A DNA stretch of 64,000 nt from assembly GCA_036172245.1 (NCBI GenBank), contig JAYWIR010000041.1, positions 806,001 to 870,000 of the forward strand. Direction: 5' to 3'. Positions 1 through 12,450 of the stretch are shown piece by piece. Under the pieces are notes generated by a model. That model was given only the letters and a program-made list of their open reading frames with translations. It made no database searches and was not told where the DNA came from. How positions within the stretch are numbered: the first letter of the stretch is position 1; every line of letters begins with the position of its first letter. The DNA comes from Raillietiella orientalis. Lineage: Eukaryota. The position numbers were made by a program, and so were the translations under genes.

Positions 1-1050
1 ATTGAGCTGAGGAAGTAAGGCAGTGCTTCATCGCCTAATGAATTTACCAAATTAATGAACTCTGATTCCCATTCTGACGCATAATTCTTTCGCCTTTTAC
101 TAAAGAATTCCGTGGATGGAGACGTCTAAATGAATTTACCAGTGAGTGAGGACGGTCGTGAAATTCACCCTCTTTCAGAGATGGGCCAATAGGGATCCAT
201 CTGACTGGGATCACAGCCGACATGCTGAGGAACACGGTGCCGGCCGAGCTTGCGCGATCCTAGTCCATTTAGACTGTCCACGCGATCTGGCTCAAGACAG
301 TCATCCACCGTCCATGTTCAAAGTGTTGACTGTGGTCGCTGGATCAGGCGTCCTCTATTGCACTGAACATCAGTGGAGAAATCTCAATGTCAGACACGTA
401 GGGGAGATCCGACTTTGTGGATTTCGCAAGTCTTCCGGCCACACGAGGAACTCGAAGGTCAAAGAGGGTTCACGAGCGAGGCTCGTAGAAGGCCGACTCG
501 GTGGAAGAGTCTCCGTGTTCACAGAGCCGCCTCAAAGAAAACAAAAATTCAATGAGAAAGGAGGTTACCCCTCTCATGCATCCTCATACGACGGAAACTC
601 CCTTGGTCGTTTCCCCCATATTCCAGGCTCTGTGCGGCCGAGTGGATAGCTCCCGAAAGGAAGTGCTTCCGGCAGAAGCGCAGGCCAATGAGGTTTCGCC
701 GAAGTCAAACCGGAAATTTTCGGAATTGACATGCAAATGGAAACGGTGACGGCTCGCGAGCGGCTAGATAAGAACGGGCATGGGTGAGGTCTGCAGGGTC
801 GACGCGAGGCAGGGCGATAGCACTGCGGCTGCCATGCCTGTGGAACCCTCAGCATCTGATAAGATGGCCCTCTCTGGGGCTAGACGGAAGTATAGCCAGA
901 AATCTGCTCCAGCGCGCCGGGTGCATCCGGTGCTGCCAGGGTGTGACAGAGAACAAAGCGACGTGCTGAATATCGCAGCCGTGCGGCCTTGCTACAGGGT
1001 GACGCTTCAAGACGAACAGTAAGGAAATGGCGCAAACGTTGTCCAGGACG
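1..1050 (+). mobile_element. Highly degenerate Penelope-like retroelement relic (RT thumb to GIY-YIG region)
   Basis: Collinear decayed motifs: VVKFTL (IKFT), RDLAQDSHPPSMFK (RYLxxxSxHP), GGYP (NGYP), and VHPVLPGCDRE (VYxIPCxxC). GEVCR also occurs in the relic near 62.4 kb. Many stops and frameshifts. Confidence 0.45.
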
Positions 1051-1091
1051 ACAGTCCTCTTGAGAGTTTGCTGAAAACTTCATTCCTGATT

Positions 1092-1790
1092 CCTTTTTTC
1101 TTTTCTTTTTTTATGGTTTCCCAAGTGCTGACGAACGGTTCGCCTTTCTGTGCGTGTGTGAAAAAAAACCCTGTAAGCACTGTCCACACCAGCTGAGGGT
1201 GCATGTAACTCTTCGGGTACACGCACCCTCGGGTACCTCAGGAGGGACCACCCCATCAATCCAGGAAGACTCTGGAGGAAGGCGTCCGTTCCTCTTGCGC
1301 TTTGGAGGGAACCTTCGCCCTGGTTGTCTCCGAAAGGAATCCCGAATGGAAACTTTTCTTTGCTCTTTCCGGAGGGGGCTGCTCCTCATTTATTCTCCGA
1401 AGGGAACACGGAAAGGATTCGCTCCTCTGAAGAGAACCCCGAAGGGACGCTTCCCGATTCCTCTCTGAAGACCGCTTCCCGATGGGAGCAGCGCGTTTCT
1501 TGGGCACTCTAGAGCGACAACCCCCGAAGGGGATATCCACCAGCCCCGTGGCACGCGATGGACGGCTCCCACCTTCGCACTCAGAAGGGAACCGGCTCCT
1601 TGATCACTGGAAGGACTGCGGGAGGTCAAACTTCCGATCCTGGCCGGTCAACGGTGGCATCCTGCTTCCGGTTTCGACCAGTAACGGGGGACTGGGAACC
1701 CATGACGCACCTATTTCTCGGCGTCGATCCTTCCCCGGGTGGAATTCGAACCCGAAGCGTTTGGCACCACGTGCGGAGACCGTAGCCCTG
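1092..1790 (-). mobile_element. Long SINE-like element with tRNA-type head, near full-length copy (family S)
   Basis: Minus strand has a B-box-like GGTTCGAATTCC (forward 1741-1752), a body with repeated CCGAAGGG motifs, and an A-rich tail (T-run near 1094-1112). Similar to the copies at 6.4, 22.4, 46, 49.8 and 56.6-57.7 kb. Confidence 0.6.
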
Positions 1791-4700
1791 GTTGTCTTCG
1801 AAGAGCTGCCGGCGCGGTCACCGGGGTCGCGCTTAAGGCGCTCGCCGAAGGGTTCGACAGCCTCAGTGCCTGCTGTTCTTCGGATGCTTCTCGTCGCCCT
1901 CTCGCAACGCAGCTCCACGATTTCCCTCCGATTTGCACGGGCGGCCGCGCGACGTCGCTCCTTTTCACAGTTTGCTTGGCGGAGGCTCCGCGTTGTCCCG
2001 TTTGGAAATTTGCTGAGGTCTGCCTCCTCAGCGCGCCCTTTCATGTCTCGGTGACCGTAGACGGTTCAAGAGCCTGGCGGCAAGCGTACTGTTTCCAGGC
2101 TTCCGAGATGTCTGCTGCTAGGCCGTCATGGGGTCTCTGCACGTGGTCTTCCTTGCCGAGTGTGCACCACTCTTCCCCGTAAGATTTGACCGGTGCAGAT
2201 ACGCATATCCTCAATGAGGAGACGCCACGACGTGACCTGCTCTCCCCGCATTGCTAGGCAATTTTTCTAAATGAAATTTTGGCAGCAGCATATGAGACGG
2301 GATGAAGGAAGGGAGGGGAGGACATGGGAGGTCGCATCCGGCCCCACGGTATCGGACGTGATTCCCGAGGGTCTGCGTTTTTTTTTTTTTTTTCCCGGGA
2401 AACTCTTCATCGGTCTGTCAGGTCAGTCCTTCTGCAACTGCCCGAAGGCTCCTACGTCCCGGACCGGGCCGTTACCACGCCCTTCGCACGCAGGAGATGG
2501 CGACGGCACACTGCCCTTCCTCCATTCCGGCGCACCTCCACTCCCTCCCTGTTTATTTTTCCATCGTCCCACCCTCTTCTTTCTCCACTCATCCCCCGAT
2601 TCTGTCCCCAGAGGGGATGGCCCCATGCCGACTTCCCTCATACTTCTTGCCAGAATTTCATTTCTTTACTTTGAAGAGGTGGCCAAGCAGTCCGGGGAGA
2701 GGAGAAGGTCGTGTCAGGGAACCGTGCGCCTCTCGATCCTGTCTTTCAAGGAAGCAAGGCGTCCGCCGCGAATTTTCCTCGGGTGGAGCAGACTTCCGGG
2801 GTGGCCGCAAGGGCGGGGAACGAACGCACTCTCTCCAGAAAGGGAGGGCGGATCAACACTCTCCTCACGCGCATTTCGTGCAGCGACCCTCGCTTGCTGA
2901 GGAGGGCTTCTACTGGCTCCGCTTCGCCGCGGCTGAGCCGTGGGCAGAAACGCGTCCTCTCGCCAAGGACACTCGCCGTGGCAACCCTTCGGGAGCGCCG
3001 TCTTTTGGGTGAAAGGGGCCTGCGAGCAACGAGCCTCCACCGCGGACGCGAGGGAGGGGCGCCGTCCAGCGGCGAATGAGGGCCTCGCGTTCCGCCAGGT
3101 CCGAGTCCCGGCCACTCGAGGCGCTGGTTTCACAGCAAGCCCCCGTACAGGCAGGGGTGTGCCACCGACGTGTCGCGCGTCCCACAGGGACGAGCTAACT
3201 TGTACGCGCACAATCTCACGAGGGGAGATCTCCATGAGACCCGCGTCCCGTACGTTCGAGGCGGACCGCTTGGGTCAGATGCCTGGCTGACTACGTGACA
3301 AGGAAGCGTACGAGAGCTGAATTCCTCTTCGCACGAACACGCGGGAAGATCTTTGCAGAACGACTGCCGGGGCAAGAAGATGCAAGCGGCACGGGGGCGA
3401 AAGTCTCAACTCGTTGCAGAGGCAGGAAGGCCGGCCGCCGAACCAAAAATTCGAAACAGCTCCGGAGAACGCAGCAAGTCAGCTTTCTCTCTTCGTGGAC
3501 CTTGCCGACCTCTCGGGTTCACGTCAACCGCAGTCCCATCCCACGAAGACGTCTGTCGCCTCTTTTTCGAAACGCACGAGACCTGACCCGAGGTTGACCC
3601 GATTGGGAAGTCTGCTCACTTCCAGAGCATCGAACACAGGAGCCCCCCATGAAATGCCTCAACGTCCGTGGGGTTGACAATGGCGGCTGTTGAACGTGTG
3701 CAAGAAGTGGGCGGCGGCTTCAGAGGTCATGTCGCTTGAATGAAGTTCCTGGACTTGGCTTTACGCATGCTCCCCGAACTCCAGGCGGTTGCGTGGTGAA
3801 CTCCAGTATCGAGTAATATACACATATGTGTATGTGTGTGCGTAGGAGAGTCTATATTGTACCACGAATTGCGTTGTTGGATTCAGGCTGGCATTCTGAA
3901 GTTCCCGAAAACAGACTACTTTCCCCGCCTGAGGAACGCACGAAAACGAGCAGGAAGCTCCAGCCAGGGAGCACCGCGCCTTTTCACAGTTTGTGAGCCG
4001 AGTTCTGCCGTGTTTGCACCCATCCTCACGCACTGGTGTGCTAACAGATGATGCTCACAGTACTGAACAAGAGAGAGATGACCTTTAAAATTGCAAAGGC
4101 CTTCACTGACGAGCTGAAAAGGAGGAAATGTGGACTTTCGGCAGCTGTACCCTCTATTAAAAAACCCTCAGAAGACGAGCTGATGGACCGAAGCACAAAA
4201 TGTAGCGATAGCCAATCATGTGATCTCAGTAGGAGTGGTAGTGACAGTGATGGACAGTCAGCATTGCACAGCAACTGCTCGCCGTAGCCAGAGCTCATAT
4301 CCTCTTCACCTTTCTCTTTTTACTTTCCGCTGCAATCTGCTTTGGCGTGTCAACTCGTGCACAAATCAACCCTTTCTTTATGTAAACGTGGCGATAGCTT
4401 TTATACGCCTCAATCCGTTTTTTTTTTTTTTTGTAAAGTAAAATCGCTTTTCGCCCTCAAGTAAACTTTGCTTCTTCACGTTGCACGGCTTTGCTTAGAT
4501 TTTGCATGAATTTTGCCTTTTGTGCTCAGTCAAAGTTTCCTTCGATCGCGTTTGCGCGACGTCATCCGTCTGATCCCGTAGGATGGTGGTCACAATAGCG
4601 GTTTGCGTCCAGCTCTCCCAAACTTGTTCCCTGCCATTCATACTTATCCATGGCCATGTACGGGCATTACATGGCATTTCGCGATTTCTCTACGTGGTTC

Positions 4701-6363
4701 CATCATCCCCTCTGTGTGGCCTCCTGGCAAAAATGCCACCGAAGCCTCTGCATTACATGCCTTCGATGACTTTTCCTCCGTGCTTGTTTGCTTTTCGCAA
4801 AGATGATCGCACTTGCATTCGGAAGATTCGGTTCGTCTTTTCAAGACCTGGACGACGGCCTCTGTTCAAAGTGGCAACACCGACCATCAACGCAAAAATC
4901 GAAAATCCACGTGACTTCATCCTGTTCGAAAGCCTCGATGAGAAAGTGATCTGTACGTAGTTTCTCCCTCGGTGTATACGTCAGGTATATTTCAGGGTGA
5001 AAAATTCCCGTCACGCCGAAAAAAAAAATTGTTTTTCAAAGCGCTGCTCCTGAAATCTGAACTCATCCAGCTCGGTCCGTTTAGGTTCATCCTCTCTGGT
5101 AGAGAAGTAGTGTTCAAACACTGATTTTTTCATCGAAGAAACTCTTTCTTGACAGAAAGAGTTTATCCACTACAAAATTGGGGTGCTTACTTTTTCCGAC
5201 CCCTACATCTTCTTCGAAGTGCTTCATCTTCTTCAAAGTGACTGCATATATTGCGTTGTCTCGCATTCCGATGTGTTTCAAAGAAACTTTGCAGATGAGG
5301 CGAAAGAGCATCGCGCGCGTGACTGGCACCATTCGCGTGCGATTTGCATCCGTTAAATCTGTGATGGTGCAGCGCAGGAACGGAGGAGGAACCAAGTTCG
5401 AGAACGGCACGCGGAGCTCATGGGTACTGGAGGTGGTAGCAAGCATCAAAGAAAAAAACAAAGGAAGTCGAGTAAGAAACACAACGTGCCTGAAAATAGA
5501 AAACAGAGAACGGAATGGTGGAAGATGCACCGATAAAGTCATATGAAAGCACTTAAAGTGCTGAATACCAGGCCAGGCTGTACACAGACTTCTAATATCG
5601 AATTACAGGAAATGCTGCTGCTATCTTTGGGGTCATGCGACCTTGGGAATCGTGTGCACCAAAGGTGATAAAATGGAAAGCCGAGGACAAAAACTGCTAT
5701 TCGCATAAGATGCCAAAATGGGCGCGAAGTATTACCAGGACTCGCTAATCCGCCGTTCATGTTTGATGTATCGTACTTGGGAACTGTTGGTTGTATTCTG
5801 ACTCGAGGGGCTGTAAATCCCGTCTTTTAAGCTGTGAGCGGAGGTCTCATTATATACTAGAGGAGCCGATCTAAGTACAATCATGCAAATCAGAGTACAT
5901 TAGCAACTCTAAGACAAGGTGAAACTTCGAACTTGTCCTTCGATTTTTTTTCTTTAACTTCTCGCAACTTTCCGGCACTCTCAATCACCCGTGAACTTAG
6001 TATAAGGGGTGCTGGGGATGAAACATCTCTCGGCAAAAGTTTGCAATTTTTCATTTTTTTCTTATTCTTCCACTTGTTTCTAAGTATAAGACGAAGGCGC
6101 TGATGGCATATTCGTGTAAGATGAGCTGTTTATCGGGCATTGGACGTCGTTCGGAAAGCTTAGCAAACTGCAAACATTGCAAGAGCGCCAAACATAGGGC
6201 GCAGGAACGACAGCATCTCAGTCGAACTACGCAGATTGCATAGTTCGGACCTTTCGAAATAGCTGGAGCACCCAAATAAACAGAGGCTTGAAGCTGTTGG
6301 ATTCCAAGACGGAAACAAGAAAAGTTTTAAACTGAGAGTGGTAAGTTGAGCAGTTAGTGACGC

Positions 6364-6955
6364 CACCCGAGGGTGGATAATTCTTCAAGATAGGGAGTAC
6401 CCCGGGAGGGGTCCGCTCTATGAATCCAGGAAGCACTCGGAGTCCGTTCCTCTCACGCCTGGGGAGGGATCCCCGGAAATGGAGATCACCTCCACCCTGG
6501 CTGTCTCCGAAGGGGAATCCAGAAGGGAATCCTCCTTCCTTATTCTCTCCGGAGGACCCCCGGCGGGGTCCGCTCCATCCCTTCTTCTCTGAAGGGAACC
6601 CGGAAAGGATCCAATCCTGGAATTTCTTCTCCGGAAGGATCCCCCGCAAGGGATCCTCTCCTGTTTTCACTCCTCTGAAGAGAACCCAGAAGGGACGCTT
6701 CCGAAATTCAGAAAGACGCAGCTTCCCCGAAGGGATCGGCTCGCTTCTCTGCACTCTCTGGAGAGGTGGTGGCGACACACCTACTCCATCAGTCCGACGC
6801 GGAAGAGTCTCCCCTGGAATGGGGGGTCCGTTCCTTCACAACTGGAGGGGAGCCCCCACTCGGTGATTCCTGGAAGGACCCGGAGTTCGACTCCCATTTG
6901 TCCCGGCCCTCATCGGGGGGTCATCCGGTTTTAACCTCTACCAGTAGCGCACCAG
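6364..6955 (-). mobile_element. Family S SINE-like copy (body only)
   Basis: Shares TATGAATCCAGGAAG..CGTTCCTCTCACGC and CCTCTGAAGAGAACCC..AAGGGACGCTTCC blocks with the copies at 1.2-1.5, 46.1 and 50 kb. Confidence 0.65.
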
Positions 6956-7279
6956 GATGAATGTAGGCCAACCAGCGTCATTTCGATCTAAGTGGTATGT
7001 TTTTGGTCAGTTAATGACCTGCAATACGCATAAAACTGTTTTAAAGGACACAATGCTGATACGAATTACAGGATGGCCTAGGTTAAGCCTGCCAGTACAA
7101 CTGCAACAACCTCTGGATTTTTTTCAAAATGGCGACTCTATGCCTCGTTGTTTGGACATTCGTTTGAAATTTTTGGCTCGCTATTGGAGGCACCCATTAA
7201 TCAACCCAAAGAACGTAATCCAAGCATCGATCATTTTTAGAAAAATCTTGTAAGAAAAAAAAAAAAAAAAAAAGCACTG

Positions 7280-7600
7280 TGTGACATGGTTTTCTGACGC
7301 TGCCCAGACATCATTGTGAAGGTGGAAGGCGTGCTCACCATAGGCTGAAAGCATGACATCACGATGAATGCCACTGATCTATCGATTTTGGGCCTATCTG
7401 ACACGACGACCACAGCTTACAAAAGGAACTGTTCTTCAGCAACGACTCCAGGTACAGTCGTGTGTCCTGCTGAGTGATTAGGAATCGTGCCAAGTTTGAT
7501 TGCAGCTAAAAAGCAGTACGCAAGAGCTTAGTCTGAATCAGGAATGCCATCAATGGAACATTTGATCTTAGCCAAAAGCGACGTTTACTTTGCAATGTAG
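7280..7600 (-). mobile_element. Possible Penelope-like RT N-terminal relic
   Basis: LAKIK..DGIP / LARFL..LKNSSF / VAFIVMSCF weakly resemble PKIHK-P, LAxxL..KNS and VSFDVxSLF. Confidence 0.3.
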
Positions 7601-8198
7601 CAATTTCAGGCAAGTGAATCAAGTGACACGTTGATGAACACGAAAAATGGTTCAAGGCATTTGAAACCGTTCCTCAATCTTTTACTTTTGCTGCATACGA
7701 TAAAGCAGACAGTGCAAATCCATGCAGATTTGCGAAAACAACCGAGGCGATGATTCTCATGGGAGAAAAAAGACAAAGTGAGGCAGATCATGGAAAAAGA
7801 GGAAGGAAAACATAGTTTCTTCAATTTTGATTCTTTCGACTGCACAAGTTGCTGAATTCCTGCCTTTTGTAAAGAAGTGGAGTTTTTTTTTTTATTATCG
7901 AAAATCTTAACATATACAACAAAGGTGAAATGCGCACATTTAAAACTTCAACGGGAATCAATGGGTGATTCAGCCCAAAACCGAAAACTGCTGAAAAGGT
8001 CGAAAGAATAAATCGCGGCATTCGTTCCTCTCCTGACGCACTTTACTCAGGCGAAGTACCGCGACCAACATACTCGCACTCCCCCAAAATACAATCTTAG
8101 CGCTCTGCACCAAGTGAATGCAAAAGTCCACCGGCAACGAGCACCTCCAGTATGCAATTCTTTCAAAGCCGAGCACGCTTCGTGGGCAAGGGATTCCT

Positions 8199-8459
8199 TC
8201 AGACGACCTTGACGTCCACTTCCTCGTCTTCTTCAATGACTTCCGGAACCTTCCTGAGCGTGAAGAAGGGGTCTTTGTGGTGCATCTCGTGGTGGGTACT
8301 CAGGTCTTCCGCACTGCGCGTGCGCTTGTACGATTTGTTCGTGGTGAAGAGGTCGTTCATGGTAACGAGCACGGACTGGGCTCTCGTCCTCTGGTACCGA
8401 GCTCCGGAGGGGAAACCGTCGTATCGGCTGCCAAAATTGGCGGCGCTCAGCCTGTGACA
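8199..8459 (-). CDS. Last coding exon of FNDC4/5-like (DUF4808) membrane protein, cytoplasmic tail
   Basis: Acceptor TTTCCAG ends at 8460. The exon reads CHRLSAANFGS...RTRAQSVLV...KRTRSAEDL...EEDEEVDVKVV* with TGA at 8201-8199, in frame with the upstream exon. A minus-strand AATAAA lies near 7891-7896. Confidence 0.8.
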   Translation of the reverse strand, partial: CHRLSAANFGSRYDGFPSGARYQRTRAQSVLVTMNDLFTTNKSYKRTRSAEDLSTHHEMHHKDPFFTLRKVPEVIEEDEEVDVKVV

Positions 8460-8532
8460 CTGGAAAGCAGAATCTCTCAACGCATGCCGCAGTCCACTTG
8501 GACGAGCGTCTTGGAGGCTGTGGGATACCTAC
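8460..8532 (-). other. 73-nt GT-AG intron (phase 0)
   Basis: GCC|GTAGGT...TTTCCAG|TGT. Removing it joins ORF 8233-8733 to ORF 8199-8480 in frame. Confidence 0.8.
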
Positions 8533-8738
8533 GGCAGATAGACTGGTTCGTGGTATCTCTTTGTAGGGTTCCTGATACGGCTCGAGCATTCGTATCTTTC
8601 CCCAGCGATGCACGAAAAGTGTTATTGCAGCCATCCAGAGGGAGAGGATCAGCAGAATGATGCCCACCTCCTCTGCACGGAACGGAATGTTCTTTGGCTC
8701 ATTGGGCTCCATGAAGTAAGTGACGTTGGACACTTTAC
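8533..8738 (-). CDS. Transmembrane exon of arthropod FNDC4/5-like (DUF4808, Iditarod-type) protein
   Basis: FRAEEVGIILLILSLWMAAITLFVHRWGKIRMLEPYQEPYK matches the family motif as I recall it (EEVxIVxLVLxxWxxAIxLFxxRWGKIRxLxPYQ). Phase-1 acceptor CTTATTTTCCTCCCGTCTGTAG ends at 8739. Confidence 0.88.
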
Positions 8739-8879
8739 CTACAGACGGGAGGAAAATAAGGGATGGAAACCACTTTCGTCGTTTATCTTTCAGTGTAATC
8801 GGGCTAGAGGAACCGACATTCTTAAAAAAAAAGGGGGGGGGGGATCAAAGGCTGACTCAGCACGGAAAGTTGCGGACAC

Positions 8880-9990
8880 AGTCGCGAGGTAGGAAGGTCA
8901 AACCCCTTTGCCTCGCTCGTGGCAACTCCGGGTCGGCCCTCAAAGATCTCGGGAAGGAGGGTGGCAGGAGCGATCCGAGATCCCTCACGCACGCACAAGT
9001 CACGTCCTGCACCGCCATTCCAAACGTCCGTTCGCGATTGCCTGGGACGTCTGGAACGTGGACGGCAGGAGCTGGAGGAAACCCTTGGCTCATTTTCCTC
9101 GGCAGACGCCGGAGATGCTGCGGGGAGAACGCTTCAGTGACTCCAACTTCAGTACACAGGTACATATGCGGGAGCCGCCTGCTTCTTCCCGGAGTCGCAC
9201 CGCGGGATGGATTCCTCAGAGGAGGTTGAGCTCTCGGCATCCTTCGAGATTAAACAGCTAGCAGTAGGAGAGAATGGAGAAGGGTCTCCAAGTCAGTCCA
9301 GGATCTGCTCCGCAGCTGCTCTCGTTTCAACCCCCAATACCGCGAAGCTCTTAAAGCTCGTCTCGGATCCGTCAGCAAGCGCATGAGGCATCCTCTCCAA
9401 ATTCCTTCCCTCGGTATTGCTTTCGGATGCGAATCTAAACGCCGAGCCAAAGACGGGATGCTTTTCGTGCTGCCGAGCGAGTCGAAGGCAAGGGCTAGGG
9501 AATAGGGAAGAAGACATCCGGAAACCGCACCATCGAAGGAAATGACGAGGCTTCCGTTCTCCTCTTGGGACTCCAAGGTCCCGAACGGACCGCCTGTTTT
9601 TCCCGTGGGCTCACAGCCGTGCACTTGCGGGAAAGCGCGTTCTGCAAACGCTCCCGGGAAGCCTTTGCGGACTGTCCAAACTCAGGTGTCCCGGTGTTCG
9701 TTAACTGATCGTCGCGTAACAGCTCTTCGAAGTCACTGCAGAGTCCCGCGAACCCTCCGGAAAATCCACGGCGCGTCCCACATCTGGTGGACTTCCGCTT
9801 CAGGATGCAGGGAAGCTGCAGTCTTCGACTCGCAGGCTCCGTCTTGGATAAGTTTCGAGGAGGAAACGTCAGAATCCTCGGACTTCACCGGATCCGCTCC
9901 TGTGAGTAGCGTGTATCCAGGTCCGAGTCCCGCTGCAGGGTGCGGTACTCGGGGCTCCGAGGCACGCCAACGCGTGAGGCACAACGCGAC
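8880..9990 (-). mobile_element. Degenerate Penelope-like RT plus GIY-YIG relic in intron
   Basis: CLTR..AGLGPG, WIFRRVRG, LLPYSL, RRLDSHPK and AVHVPDVPG..TFG occur in the expected order, heavily decayed. Confidence 0.4.
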
Positions 9991-10458
9991 CCAATGGACA
10001 GCCCTCTAATTATAGCCCCGGAGCATAAAAGATAAAACGTACTAACCAGCGGATAATGGCCTCAAACGAAGCAGCAGCATCTAATCTTCACGTCTATTTC
10101 TCGTGGAGTCTCAGGCATTTGCCACGGATGGCATTTCCTATCCGTGGTAAATGCACACCTATAAATGCCTTCTCTTATATTCGATGTACATACCCATAAG
10201 TGCCATCCGTAGTGAACGCACGAAACGCCACGAGAAATGGGTCACTCGAAAGCTTTCGATTTTTTGCAACGTTTCATTACGTTCACCAAAAAGGGGGGGA
10301 AAAAAGGCTAATAAAAATATTAAAATCAAAATAAAATACATAAGCTCAAAGTCCTTTCAGGTTCTAATTCTTTCTGGAACACCTATTAACACACGAGCAA
10401 TGCCCACAAGCTCCCACAGCTTTTTCCTTAACAGCAAAAAACAAAAGAAGGAGCTTAA

Positions 10459-10956
10459 CCCTTTGGGTGCGGAGCTCATCAGATTTAAACGTTCCGTGTT
10501 GACGGCACGCGAGGTGCGACCTGCGTGGACGGAGGGCTTTTTCGCGTGCCGCGTGCTCTATCAGAGGTGCCACCGATTGACTCTATATAAAGTGACGATT
10601 ACAGTTACTGTTGCAATTGTTTATTTACATCACATTAAATGAAATATTTTCATTTTTCCCAAACAGATATCATTTATTCAAAAATTATAATTCGAATAAA
10701 TCATTGGGGTGCGGTACACCTCGATAATGAATCAAATGCCACACCGAGAATAAATTAGCCGATATAAACAGAATTTTGTTTACTGCCGTTGCTAAGGTTG
10801 CCAATTATAAGAACGTAAGTGTATGTGTCCATCTCGAACATGGATGGAGTTGACTTATGTCGCGTGTGCAAGGTAAAAGCATTTGCCTGATGCATATGCG
10901 AGTCCACAGTCCACGCTGGCAATTTTCGTCGGACGCAGTCCACAGCACTCAAATGG
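10459..10956. mobile_element. piggyBac-type non-autonomous element (MITE family P)
   Basis: TTAA (10455-10458) then CCCTTTGGGTGC; the other end is GCACTCAAATGG followed by TTAG. The interior matches 26553-26995 and 59753-60120 in reverse orientation. Confidence 0.8.
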
Positions 10957-11392
10957 TTAGAAGCTTTTTTTTTTTTTTAATCTCCTTAAGGCTGAAATCG
11001 GGAATGTACATTTGTGATTTGTGTGAAAGCAGCCGGAATTTCGTTTGTTGGTTCCTTGGTCGCATAGGGAGGAATCAGCCGGTTGACTTTAGAATCCTTC
11101 GTCATCGTCTTGTGTATCCATCCATTTGTCGAAGACGCTATACGTAAATGTGTACATGTCAGGATCGTCTATTCTTATAGGTGGTGGGCCTTTTTGAGTA
11201 CACTTTTTTAATCAATAGGAACGAAAATAAAGAAAGTCCATGTTCCAAGGGACGGTTTCAATCCAAATCTTTCAGCCGCTCGCCTTCTGCAGTTTTCCGT
11301 GCACATCCCGTTGCATCCGCAGACTCCTGAAGAGAAGCGCAACCAAATGCGGGGGCGGGGTTGTTCACCTTCTCCTCAATTCAGCCTCGCCT

Positions 11393-11460
11393 GAGTCCAC
11401 CGTCCACGCTGATAATTTTCGCCGAACACATATATGCATCCATAGCACGCAAAAGGTTAA
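11393..11460. mobile_element. Solo terminal fragment of MITE family P
   Basis: GAGTCCACCGTCCACGCTGATAATTTTC...GCACGCAAAAGG followed by TTAA matches one end of the other copies. Confidence 0.6.
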
Positions 11461-11849
11461 AGTTGGTGCACCTTTGGTCCATACCCGTACATGCCTTCTC
11501 TTATACTCGATGTGCGAATAGGTACCTCTTTAGGGAAATCCTTTTGCTTCTTTGCTGAAAAAAATTCCCGTTTGCCCGTATAGGCACTCCCTCTCCTGTC
11601 CATAAAGCACATTCTCTCTCAAAAAGCCAGTGTCTCTCCTTATCTTAGTGGTAGGCACCACTCTCGTAAACTGGAGGTCGAGAGTACCATCGTTCACGGG
11701 GGAGGCCATCGGTTTTAGAGAGGAAAAAAAAAAAAAAAAAAAAGGCAGAAAACACTCACACACACAGCCTCCCAACTCCCCTACTCCTTGACACCCTCTC
11801 CTCCTTTCGCCAATAAACACGCGCGCAGATCAGAATGCCACGCAACGCC

Positions 11850-12450
11850 TGGTCTGCACGCAGGAAGTGGCAGCGAAGAACCGTCTCGCCCTCTCGCCCT
11901 TGATTCTTATACGAAAGAACCCCTGCTGTCGGAAATATTGTTTTCCTGAAGACAATCTGTAGAGGAGGAAACATGGCGGCTCGCAGATAGTGGTGCCTTT
12001 TGGCGCGTTCCAGAGCTTTTCTTTGTGGCTCCAACATCTGCGTGCAGCGATCTCCGCTTTGACGGATCCTGTCAACAAAACGCATATTTTTAGTTCGATA
12101 AATTCGGCCCCTGCTCCCTCCCGACACGCCTGCCAAATTTCTCCTGTAAAATAGTTCGGCTTTCCGGTGCTTCTGAGCATCACGCCCCTTGGGAAGCTAT
12201 TCCATGTTCCACGGTGACGGTGACGGTGTCTCGTCCCCCGGGGGGGGAAGATGCATTTGCGAATTTCGTCTTTCGAGTTCTTCGGATTGACGCAAGGAAC
12301 CTTCGGGCAAAATTTTCTGCTCCTCTCTACTTGGCTACTTCCGTACTTGATGGGCAGAGGTTTTCCAACAGTCCGGTTCTCACTCGGAGGGTACATGGAA
12401 GGAAGAGATGTCCTCATCTGGAATGAGGCTGAATCACGAGCTCTTCGGCA
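11850..12450 (-). mobile_element. Possible Penelope-like N-terminal relic
   Basis: GHLFLPCTLRVRTGLL and QRKALERA..FPPLQIV weakly resemble the HLxFLxRC and ExxVLxKGLxF..P..II segments. It may belong to the same element as 8880-9990. Confidence 0.25.

Noticed and set aside
4048..4287. Plus-strand 79-aa ORF as a terminal exon
   Set aside because: No recognisable homology, a weak pyrimidine tract, and no linked exons.
8233..8532. Unspliced C-terminus of ORF 8233-8733 (..PPRRSSKW..)
   Set aside because: Read-through of the 73-nt intron. The spliced frame has canonical sites and a more family-like tail.
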